Origin: an uncultured Acidobacteriota bacterium
GTDB taxonomy: Bacteria > Acidobacteriota > Vicinamibacteria > Vicinamibacterales > UBA2999
DNA length: 64,000 nt
Assembly: GCA_963807405.1 (NCBI GenBank)
Contig: CAWEBU010000006.1
Coordinates: forward strand, 615,733 to 679,732
Direction of reading: 5' to 3'
Shown here: positions 56,401-64,000 of the stretch, one piece after another
Layout: the number at the start of each line of letters is the position of its first letter
How positions within the stretch are numbered: the first letter of the stretch is position 1
Program-made: the position numbers and the translations under genes
Notes under the pieces: generated by a model
The model's database searches: none
What the model saw: the letters and a program-made list of their open reading frames with translations, nothing else
Told to the model about the DNA's origin: nothing

Positions 56401-56680
56401 TCAGGTGCAGCCCGAGCGGCATGGCGAGCGCCAGGACGGCGATGGCGACCTCGAGCAGGGCGTAGACGCGCATGGCGCGTCCACGCGTGACGCGGTCGCT
56501 GGCCGGGCCGGCCAGGGCGGCGCCGATGGCCAGGCCCCCCATGAAGGCCGCGAGCACGGTGCTGGCGGCCGCCACGCCGTGGCCGAGAGACAGGGTCAGC
56601 AGGCGCGTCCACGCGACTTCGTAGATGAGCGCCGCGGCGCCCGAAAGCGCGTAGACGAGGAGAAACGAGCGCCGTGCCAT
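53476..56680 (-). pseudogene. polytopic spermidine-synthase-like protein fused to C-terminal TPR repeats; one frameshift near 56362-56375
   Basis: ORF 56228-56680 (MARRSFLLVYALSGAAALIYEVAWTRLL...) continues in ORF 53476-56370 after a frame change (...LLGRAYADGA/AEPAFPLLRLV...). Contains a methyltransferase-fold core (VAVLGLGSGVT, DAIISEPSNPW) and TPR repeats. Length is 3205 nt, which is 3n+1. Confidence 0.75.
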
Positions 56681-56703
56681 CGCGAGGAGTGTAGCAGCCC
56701 GCC

Positions 56704-58680
56704 TCAGCGAGGCGACGCGCCGGCCGCCGGCTCACGTCGGCGGTAGAGCACGATTTCGCCGTCTTCGGCCACGCGCTCGAGGTCGAAGGCGCGAATCGCC
56801 ACCGCCTCGAGGCCGGGGGGCGAGACGTCGCGGTGCACGACCACCCACGCCAGTCGCGTGCGCTCCGCGAAGGCCGGCGCCTCGCCCATCAGGACGTCGA
56901 GGTCGACCGCCGCCAGCGGCTGCCCGGCGCTGAGGGCCAGCAGCGAGGCCAGGGTGGGGACGCGCCGGATCTCCCGGAACTGGCGCGACGACACCCGCGA
57001 GAGGTAGCCGCCGATCAGCTTCTTCTGGTGCCGCGTCTGGTTGAACTGGTAGCGGGCGCTGAAGTTTCCCTCCGACGACACGCCGTCGCGGATGCCGAAG
57101 GGCAGTTCGAGCACGCGGACCGGGCGCGGGTCGGCCGCGATGGTGTCGTAGAGCGACGGAATGTGCGCCGAGTAGAGCGGGCGCGGCGAGGGCAGCAGCT
57201 CGAAGGCCAGCAGCAATCCCACGACGACCAGTACCTGGCGGCGGCGGTGCGGCCAGCGCTCGCCGATCGCCTTGAGGGCCATGGCGAACAGCACGCTCGC
57301 GCACAGCGCGGCCACGATCGCGAAGCGGCCGGGCATGCGGGTCAGGTTGACGACCGGCACGTAGCGCAGCAGCGCCCACGGCCCCGGTACGAAGGTGTTG
57401 ACGCCGGCCACGTGGACGAACGGGCCGAGCGACAGCGTCGCGAAGATGCCGAGCGCCCAGAACCAGCCGCGCGCGCGCAGTCCGGCGCGCCACGCCGCCA
57501 CGCCGATGACGGCGAGGACCACCAACCCGAGGGCGGCCGTGAACTCGACGAATACAGTGGGGGCGATCTCCTGCTGAGAGCCGGCCAGCCAGCGCACCAG
57601 CGGATGCGAGGGGTTGGGCGCGAACAAGGCCAGCAGATCGACGCCCCGCGGACTACTGCGCCAGTAGACCGGCGGCGAGACCCAGGAGCCGTCGGCGAAG
57701 AGCTGCGCCGCACCGTAGAGCGTGGGCGACAGCACCAGGACGCCCGCGAGCCCGGCCGCCGCGGCCAGGCCGAGTGCGCGCGGGCGCGGCAATCCCGCGG
57801 GCAGCAGTCGCGGCCTGAGCACGAGCGCGATGCGGGCGAGGACGAGCACCGTCAGCAGGAGCACGGGCGCATGCAGGCCGCGAATGCTGACCGGGATGCC
57901 CAGCAGCTCGACGCGTCCGCCGCGTCCGGCCAGCAGGCCCACGACCAGGCCCGCCGCCAGCACGATCGCGAGATCGAGCATCCACCGGCCGGGCGGCGTC
58001 GTCCACCCCGGCCGCCACTCGAGGCGCAGCAGTCGCGACGTGATGTAGATGGCGGCAATCAGCACGCAGTAGACGGAGTAGTAGGCGTCGCAGGAGGCCG
58101 CCCAGGCAATCGAGACGCCGGCGAGAATCGAATCGCCCAGACGCTGGGAGCGCTCGACGCGGTGGAGGCTCCAGATGAAGGCGGCCAGCGGCGCCGCCGC
58201 CACCAGGCTGAAGTGCCCGGTCGAGCGGGCCACGAGCACGGGTCCCCACGCGAAGGCGAGTCCGGCCAGCCAGGCTTCGACCGTGGCCCCCTCGGTCACG
58301 CGGCGGGCCAGGACGAAGGTCATCCAGGCGGTCAGGACGACGCTGGCGAGGAAGACCAGGTTGAAGGCGGCGATGGTGCCGGTCAGGCCGGCCAGCGGCA
58401 GCGCCACGAGGTCGGCGAACAGCGTGTAGTTGTGCTGGGTGAGATCGACCGGGCGGGAAGTCGTCGAGAAAATGCGATCCGTGGTCAGCGGGTTGCGGCG
58501 TTCAGTCCACGCTTCGTGCTGGAACACCCACTGGTTCCACACATAGACGCCGGTGTCGCCACCGGGATCGCCGGTGAGGTGCGTGGCGAGGCGCGGAGCC
58601 AGGGGCCAGGAGAAGGCCACTGCCATACACGCATACGCCAGCACGGCGGCGAGGTGAGGGGTCCACGCGCGTCGTGTCAT
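56704..58680 (-). CDS. large polytopic membrane protein, possibly GT-C-type glycosyltransferase-like
   Basis: 658 aa with at least 12 hydrophobic helices and a soluble C-terminal domain. The family assignment is uncertain. Confidence 0.6.
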   Translation of the reverse strand: MTRRAWTPHLAAVLAYACMAVAFSWPLAPRLATHLTGDPGGDTGVYVWNQWVFQHEAWTERRNPLTTDRIFSTTSRPVDLTQHNYTLFADLVALPLAGLTGTIAAFNLVFLASVVLTAWMTFVLARRVTEGATVEAWLAGLAFAWGPVLVARSTGHFSLVAAAPLAAFIWSLHRVERSQRLGDSILAGVSIAWAASCDAYYSVYCVLIAAIYITSRLLRLEWRPGWTTPPGRWMLDLAIVLAAGLVVGLLAGRGGRVELLGIPVSIRGLHAPVLLLTVLVLARIALVLRPRLLPAGLPRPRALGLAAAAGLAGVLVLSPTLYGAAQLFADGSWVSPPVYWRSSPRGVDLLALFAPNPSHPLVRWLAGSQQEIAPTVFVEFTAALGLVVLAVIGVAAWRAGLRARGWFWALGIFATLSLGPFVHVAGVNTFVPGPWALLRYVPVVNLTRMPGRFAIVAALCASVLFAMALKAIGERWPHRRRQVLVVVGLLLAFELLPSPRPLYSAHIPSLYDTIAADPRPVRVLELPFGIRDGVSSEGNFSARYQFNQTRHQKKLIGGYLSRVSSRQFREIRRVPTLASLLALSAGQPLAAVDLDVLMGEAPAFAERTRLAWVVVHRDVSPPGLEAVAIRAFDLERVAEDGEIVLYRRREPAAGASPR

Positions 58681-58877
58681 TCGGTGGTTGGCGGCGCCAC
58701 ACTAGCACATCCGCCCGGGGCCACGGCCTCAATTCGCCGCCACCCTCGTGCGGCGACACGCGCCGACGCACGCCTGCCGGAAAAGGCAACGGGCGGTCCC
58801 ACGACCCTCCGACGTCGCTCAGTACCGCTGAGCTGGCCGAAGGGCGGTGGAGCCGCCCGTTGTCGTTCGCGAAGGTC

Positions 58878-58905
58878 TAGCCGCTAGCCCGTAGCCGCTA
58901 GCCCC
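58878..58905. repeat. 14-bp direct tandem repeat TAGCCGCTAGCCC(G/C), 2 copies
   Basis: Lies in the intergenic region between the membrane protein start and the TonB-dependent receptor stop. Each copy carries two CTAG tetramers. Confidence 0.7.
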
Positions 58906-58938
58906 TGAGGGTGGCGCGCGTCGAGCGCGCCCCGCCCA

Positions 58939-61872
58939 CTAGAAGTCCCAGCGGAAGCCGACGCGGAAGATGCGCGGCGCCAGGGTCTCGGTGACCTCGC
59001 GGTAGTTGACCGTGGTCTGGCGGAACAGCGTGATGGCGCTGCTGTTGGCCAGGTTGAAGCCATCGACCTGGAAGGTCACCTTGCCCACGCGGCTCGGCAA
59101 GGTGAACGACTTGTCGAGACGAAGGTCGAGGATCGAGATGTTCGGATAGCGGTTGGCGTCGATCGGCTCCACGCGGAACGTGCGCGCGCCGTCGCCCGGC
59201 ATCGTGACCGTGACCGTGCGGCCGTAGTTCTGGCCGCTCTGCACGCGCCATGAACCCGAGGAGCCGATGCCCCACGGCAACTCGTAGCGGCCGATGACCT
59301 TGTAGTTCCAGGTCGTCGAGGTCTCGCGGCCGAACTCGTCCCCGAACAGGCGATCGACCGGGCGGAACGAATAGGCCCGGGTGTAGCCGGTCGGCGTGGG
59401 CGTCGTGGCGGTGGAGACGTGCTGCATCTTCGACCACGTCATGCCGGCCGAGGTCAGCAGCATCCACTTGCCGGTCATCCGGCGGTTGAGGGCGACCTCG
59501 ACGGTGTTGAAGTCGGCGTCGAAGCCCTCGGGATTGGTGTAGACGCGGTCGAGGCCCACGCCGGGCGCGCGGTCGAAGGTCTGGAACTGCTGGTCGTCAC
59601 CGGTGCCGGCCACGCCGTCCGGACCCGGGTCGTTGACCGTGAACGGCACCGTGAACGAGCCGTTGCGGATGGTGTCGTCCTCACCCCAGATGTCGCGCAT
59701 GTTCTTGTAGACGTAGGAGACGCGCGCCGAGAGGCCGGTCGTGACCTCGCGCTCGAGGCTGGTCGACAGCTCGTTGCTGACCGGACGATTGAGGTTGCGG
59801 TCGATGCGCACGAAGCCGGCGCCGCCGACCGTCGTGTTGAACGCGCCCAGTTCGGCCGGGCCGTCCAGCAGCCGGTTGCCGTTCAGGTCGCAACCGGTCG
59901 TGCGAGTGGCCGTGCAATCGAGGAACGCATAGCGGAGCTGCGCGATGCCGACCGGGTTTTCCTTGTCCGCCAGTTCGTCGGCCGAGTTCCAGCGCGACTG
60001 GCCGAAGTAGGTCTTGACCACCGTGCGGTTGTCGCCCGTGAGGTCATAGGCGAAGCCGATGCGCGGCGACAGGTCCTTGGTGCTGGCGACGGTAGTGGCC
60101 TGGACCGTGCGCGGAGCGACGAACGCCTGGTAGCGAGCGTCGGTCCATCCGGTGAGGGCCGAGATGCCGTTGGGCGCGAAGGTCTGGTCGGGCCATTCGT
60201 CCTTGTAGGCCTCGAAGCGCAGGCCCAGGGTGGCGGTCAGGCGGTTGCTGAGCTTCCAGGAGTCGTTGATCCACAGGGCCTGGTAGTTGACGTCGTTGGT
60301 GCCGGTGACCGAGGTGTTGTAGATGTCCACCTGCGAGAGCGCCGCGCCGTTGTCACGGTAGAAGACGTCGAAGGGCTGGTCGCGGAAGAGCTGGCGGCGG
60401 TCACGCTTGATGTCGTAGCCGACTTTGAAGTCGTGGCTGCCACCCCAGCCGTCCTTGAAGTACGACAGGCTCACGTAGCCCTGCGGCTTCCAGCGCTTCT
60501 GGTCCTGGTAGCCGTTGTTGGCGCCGCCGTCGAAGATCTGGCTGTTGGCCAGGTTGACACGCCCGGGACCCCACGGGCCGTCGTAGAGATTGAAATCCCG
60601 AACCGGGCGCAGCGGGAAGAAGTTCCACCAGTTGCCGGCAATCACGTCGAGGAAGGCCCGGCTGCCGAGCACGCTCGTCCACTCCGCCTTCATCGGCGTG
60701 TTCTCGGACGACTGGTAGTAGGCGGCCGAGAGCGGCGTGGTGACGCTGATGCCGCGCTTGTCCTGCAGCTTCTGGCGCTTGTTGATGAAGCCGATGAACT
60801 GGTTGTTGCGCGAGACCTGGTAGGTCAGCTTGAAGGTGTAGGGGTTGGTCAGCTTCGACTGCTCGATGTTGTCGGGCAGGCCGGTCGTGTACTTGAACTG
60901 GTTGTTGAGGCGATAGCTGTAGAAGCCCCACGCCTTGCCGCGCCAGATCGGGAAGCCGACGTTGCCGTTCAAGTCGTACTGCTTCTGGATCTGGTTGCCG
61001 CGCTGGAGCCCGTTGGCGGCCCGCGTGAAGAAGCCGTCGTCGTTCCGGGTGTTGGCGGTCTGCAGGAACCCCGGAACGTTGTTGGCGATCATGTTCTCGT
61101 TCTGGTAGTCGCTGTACCAGTTGCCCGAGAGTCGATCGCTGCCCGACTTCACGCTGATGCTGAGCACCGCGCCACCAGCGAAGGCCGACGCGTCCGCGCC
61201 GGCGCCGCCGACCTGGAACTCTTCGAAGCTGCCGAAGTCGAAGTAGCCGGCGTTGGCGCTGGTGCCCTCGGTGGTGTCGATGCCCTCGAGGCGGGTCTGG
61301 TTCTGGTCGTCCATCCCGTAGGAGCGGTAGCCGGTCTGGTTGCCCGTGCGCGAGCCGCCGACGTCGTAGGACGTCATCTGCATGCCGGGCGCCTGCGCCA
61401 TGGCCGCCCACACGTCGCGGGCGTTCGGGATCTCGGTGAGCAGTTCCTTGGTGAAGTTGGTGCCCATGGTGGTCGTCGAGGTGTCGACGACGGGTGAAGC
61501 ACCGGTCACCGTGACCGACTCCTGGAGGGTCGCCACGGAGAGCTGCTGGTCGACGCTGAGGGTCTGGTTGATGACGACGCGGATGCCGTCGCGCTTCACC
61601 GTCTGGAAGCCGGTCAGATCGAACTCAACCTGGTAGACGCCGGGGGGCAGGGCCAGGAAGCGGTAGTCGCCGGCGTCGCTCGTGATCTGCACCTGCGGCT
61701 GGATCAGCGCGGGACTCGACACGGTGACGGTGACACCGGGCAGCACCGCGCCGGTGTCGTCGGTGACGGTGCCGTTGATGCGGCCCCGGAAATCCTGGGC
61801 GCTGGCCTGGTGGGCAATGCCCAGCAGCAGCGCTACCAGACACAGGAGCCCGCCTAACGTCTTCAACCTCAT
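58939..61872 (-). CDS. TonB-dependent receptor with N-terminal carboxypeptidase-regulatory-like domain
   Basis: ATG 61872 follows GGAGGAAGAG. Has a signal peptide. GRINGTVTDDTGAVLPGVTVTV...GDYRFLALPPGVYQV is a CarboxypepD_reg domain. C-terminal beta-barrel ends ...RVGFRWDF. Confidence 0.9.
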   Translation of the reverse strand: MRLKTLGGLLCLVALLLGIAHQASAQDFRGRINGTVTDDTGAVLPGVTVTVSSPALIQPQVQITSDAGDYRFLALPPGVYQVEFDLTGFQTVKRDGIRVVINQTLSVDQQLSVATLQESVTVTGASPVVDTSTTTMGTNFTKELLTEIPNARDVWAAMAQAPGMQMTSYDVGGSRTGNQTGYRSYGMDDQNQTRLEGIDTTEGTSANAGYFDFGSFEEFQVGGAGADASAFAGGAVLSISVKSGSDRLSGNWYSDYQNENMIANNVPGFLQTANTRNDDGFFTRAANGLQRGNQIQKQYDLNGNVGFPIWRGKAWGFYSYRLNNQFKYTTGLPDNIEQSKLTNPYTFKLTYQVSRNNQFIGFINKRQKLQDKRGISVTTPLSAAYYQSSENTPMKAEWTSVLGSRAFLDVIAGNWWNFFPLRPVRDFNLYDGPWGPGRVNLANSQIFDGGANNGYQDQKRWKPQGYVSLSYFKDGWGGSHDFKVGYDIKRDRRQLFRDQPFDVFYRDNGAALSQVDIYNTSVTGTNDVNYQALWINDSWKLSNRLTATLGLRFEAYKDEWPDQTFAPNGISALTGWTDARYQAFVAPRTVQATTVASTKDLSPRIGFAYDLTGDNRTVVKTYFGQSRWNSADELADKENPVGIAQLRYAFLDCTATRTTGCDLNGNRLLDGPAELGAFNTTVGGAGFVRIDRNLNRPVSNELSTSLEREVTTGLSARVSYVYKNMRDIWGEDDTIRNGSFTVPFTVNDPGPDGVAGTGDDQQFQTFDRAPGVGLDRVYTNPEGFDADFNTVEVALNRRMTGKWMLLTSAGMTWSKMQHVSTATTPTPTGYTRAYSFRPVDRLFGDEFGRETSTTWNYKVIGRYELPWGIGSSGSWRVQSGQNYGRTVTVTMPGDGARTFRVEPIDANRYPNISILDLRLDKSFTLPSRVGKVTFQVDGFNLANSSAITLFRQTTVNYREVTETLAPRIFRVGFRWDF

Positions 61873-61995
61873 GAGTCTCTTCCTCCACAACAGCGGCTCG
61901 TGCCGCTCGACAACAAATCCCGTTCTGCGACGCAGAGGGAGCGATTCAGCCGACCAGGACGCCTGATCCCGCGCACGACTGGCAGGCGCTACCCA

Positions 61996-62011
61996 CGCAA
62001 GGGCTTTGCCA
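61996..62011 (-). promoter_or_regulatory. candidate sigma54 -24/-12 promoter (TGGCAAagcccTTGCG) upstream of the TonB-dependent receptor
   Basis: GG-N10-GC spacing is correct. It lies 124 nt upstream of ATG 61872 and is preceded by an AT-rich stretch (GTGAAATTAGATATATTTCAG). Confidence 0.4.
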
Positions 62012-62167
62012 GTAGTTGCGAGGCTGAAATATATCTAATTTCACACTCGGAGACACAGTAATACGTGTGCCTACCTCCGCAGGCATCCAAGCGGCCGGGT
62101 TTGGCGATCGTGTAATTCGGGAAGTTGGATCGTGGCCAGGCCGTCGTGCGCCAGCCGTACAAAGGTC

Positions 62168-62193
62168 GAGGGCGGCCCCGCAGGGCCGCCCTC
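62168..62193 (-). terminator. hairpin terminator after the upstream TonB-dependent receptor paralog
   Basis: GAGGGCGGCCC-cgca-GGGCCGCCCTC (11-bp stem), followed on the minus strand by GACCUUUGU. It starts about 25 nt after the stop at 62219. Confidence 0.55.
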
Positions 62194-62218
62194 ACCGTCA
62201 GAAGGTTCGTTCTGGAGT

Positions 62219-64000
62219 CTAGAAGTCCCAGCGGAGGCCGACGCGGAAGATCCGCGGCGCCAGCAGCTCGGTGACCTCACGGTAGTTCACGGTGGTCGTC
62301 CGGAAGCTCGTCGGGACACCGCTGTTGACCAGGTTGAAGCCGTCGAACTCGAACGTCACCTTGCCGGCCGGTCCCGGCAGCGTGAAGGACTTGTCGAGGC
62401 GGAGGTCGAGGATCGAGATGTTCGGGTAGCGGTTGGTGTCGATCGGCTCGACCCGGACCGTGCGGGCGCCGTCGCCCGGGAACGCCACGTTGATCGTGCG
62501 GCCGTAGTTCTGGCCGCTCTGAACGCGCCACGAGCCGGAGCCGCCGATCCCCCACGGCATCTCGTAGCGGCCCACCACCTTGTAATTCCAGGTCGTGGAC
62601 GTCTCACGGCCGAACTCGTCGCCGAACAGCCGGTCGGCCGGACGGAACGAGTAGTCACGCGTGTAGCCGGTCGGCGTGGTCGTCGAGTAGTGCTGCATCT
62701 TCGACCGCGTGTGCCCGAACGACGTCAGCAGCATCCACCTGCCGCGGAAGCGGCGATTGAGGGCGACCTCGAAGGTGTTGAAGTCCGCACCCGTACCGTC
62801 CGGATTGGTGTAGACGCGGTCCTGGCCAATCGCCTGCGGCCGGTCGAAGGTCTGGAACGACTGGTCGTCGGGCGTCCCGGCCACGTTGTCGGCGCCCGGA
62901 TCGTTGACGGTGAAGGGCACCGTGAACGCGCCCGCTCGCAGGGTGTCGCTTTCGGCCCACACGTTGCGCATGTTCTTGTAGACGTACGACACCCGGGCCG
63001 ACAGTCCAGGCAGGAGCTCGCGCTCGAGATTCGTCGAGAGCTCGTTGCTGGTGGGGCGGACGATGCCCCGGTCGATGCGGACGAAGCCGGCGCCGCCGAC
63101 CGTGGTGTTGAAGGCGCCCAGTTCCGCCGGGCTGTCGAGCAGACGGTTGCCGTTCAGGTCGCAGCCGGTCGTGCGGGTGGCGGTGCAATCGAGGAAGGCG
63201 TAGCGCAGCTGCGCGATGCCGACCGGGTTCTCCTTGTCGGACAGCTCGTCGGCGGAGTTCCAGCGCGACTGCCCGAAGTAGGCCTTGACCACCGTGCGGT
63301 TGTCGCCGGTCAGGTCGTAGGCGAAGCCGACGCGCGGCGCCACGGTGTTGGTCCTGGCCACGGTCGTGGCGCCGACCGTGCGCTGGGCCATGAACGTCTG
63401 GTAGCGGCTGTCGGCGAAGTTCTCGAAGCCGGGCAGGCCGTTGGGGGCGAACTGCTGCTCGGGCCAGCCATCGCGGTAGTGCTCGAAGCGCAGGCCGAGG
63501 TTCAGCGTCAGGCGGTTGCTGAGCTTCCAGGTGTCGTTGATCCAGGCGGCCTGGTTGACGACGTCGTTGATGCCGGTGACGTCGGTGTTGAAGAGGTCGA
63601 CCTGCGACAGGGCGGCGCCGCGGTCGCGGTAGAAGACGTCGAACGGCTGGTCGCGGAAGAGCTGACGGCGGTCACGCTTGATGTCGTAGCCGACCTTGAA
63701 GTCGTGGCTGCCGCCCCAGCCGTCCTTGAAGTACGACAGGCTGACGTAGCCCTGCGGCTTCCAGCGCTTCTGGTCCTGGTAGGTGGTGAACCCCCCGCCG
63801 TCGAAGTACTGGTTGTTGGCCAAGTCGATCCGTCCAGGGCCCCACGGGCCATCGTAGAGGCCGAAGTCCCGCACCGGGCGCAGCGGGAAGAAGTTCCACC
63901 AGTTGCCGGCGATCACGTCGAGGAAGGCGCGGTTGCCGAGCACGCTCGTCCACTCGGCCTTCATCGGGTAATTGCGGGAGGCCTGGTACTGCGCGGTGGA
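62219..64000 (-). CDS. TonB-dependent receptor paralog, C-terminal 593 aa (5' end outside window)
   Basis: The frame is open to the window edge. It is collinear with and highly similar to residues from about 390 to the end of the neighbouring receptor (for example MKAEWTSVLG.RAFLDVIAGNWWNFFPLRPVRDF). Confidence 0.9.
   Translation of the reverse strand, partial: STAQYQASRNYPMKAEWTSVLGNRAFLDVIAGNWWNFFPLRPVRDFGLYDGPWGPGRIDLANNQYFDGGGFTTYQDQKRWKPQGYVSLSYFKDGWGGSHDFKVGYDIKRDRRQLFRDQPFDVFYRDRGAALSQVDLFNTDVTGINDVVNQAAWINDTWKLSNRLTLNLGLRFEHYRDGWPEQQFAPNGLPGFENFADSRYQTFMAQRTVGATTVARTNTVAPRVGFAYDLTGDNRTVVKAYFGQSRWNSADELSDKENPVGIAQLRYAFLDCTATRTTGCDLNGNRLLDSPAELGAFNTTVGGAGFVRIDRGIVRPTSNELSTNLERELLPGLSARVSYVYKNMRNVWAESDTLRAGAFTVPFTVNDPGADNVAGTPDDQSFQTFDRPQAIGQDRVYTNPDGTGADFNTFEVALNRRFRGRWMLLTSFGHTRSKMQHYSTTTPTGYTRDYSFRPADRLFGDEFGRETSTTWNYKVVGRYEMPWGIGGSGSWRVQSGQNYGRTINVAFPGDGARTVRVEPIDTNRYPNISILDLRLDKSFTLPGPAGKVTFEFDGFNLVNSGVPTSFRTTTVNYREVTELLAPRIFRVGLRWDF

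Overview
High-GC (about 70%) bacterial chromosomal segment. Gene content suggests an Acidobacteria-like soil bacterium: a VWFA-related domain protein, CarboxypepD_reg-type TonB-dependent receptors, a PEGA protein and a spermidine-synthase/TPR fusion. This taxonomic guess is inference only. I support about 55 protein-coding genes and 2 tRNAs (Glu-UUC, Lys-UUU). I found no rRNA, CRISPR array, transposase or integrase. Most genes are housekeeping, envelope or stress functions, for example purA, ppk1, rnc, cutA, ftsB, osmC, ABC transporters and an L,D-transpeptidase with a DUF882 peptidase. Many long ORFs in the supplied track are Arg/Gly/Pro-rich antisense or out-of-frame artefacts of the high GC content and are not reported. 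Main observations: (1) A PrxQ/BCP-type peroxiredoxin has an in-frame TGA at its peroxidatic Cys codon, followed by a SECIS-like hairpin. This is a selenoprotein candidate that the ORF track splits in two. (2) A structured 104-bp tandem repeat (about 3.3 copies) lies directly downstream of tRNA-Glu. (3) A FixL-type heme-PAS histidine kinase is paired with a sigma54 enhancer-binding response regulator. Good -24/-12 promoters sit in front of a tandem-USP gene, a small-Cys-protein/DNA-methyltransferase/peroxiredoxin gene string, and a TonB-dependent receptor. (4) Three consecutive genes carry twin-arginine-type N-termini: two HisC-like aminotransferases and an HD/MIOX-like protein. (5) At least 15 frame disruptions occur in 9 genes, each explained by one extra base and concentrated at 33.7-37.2 kb. 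They are either real gene decay or assembly indels. (6) Operator-like repeated motifs and short tandem repeats occur at gene boundaries, and convergent gene pairs share a palindromic CTAG stop.
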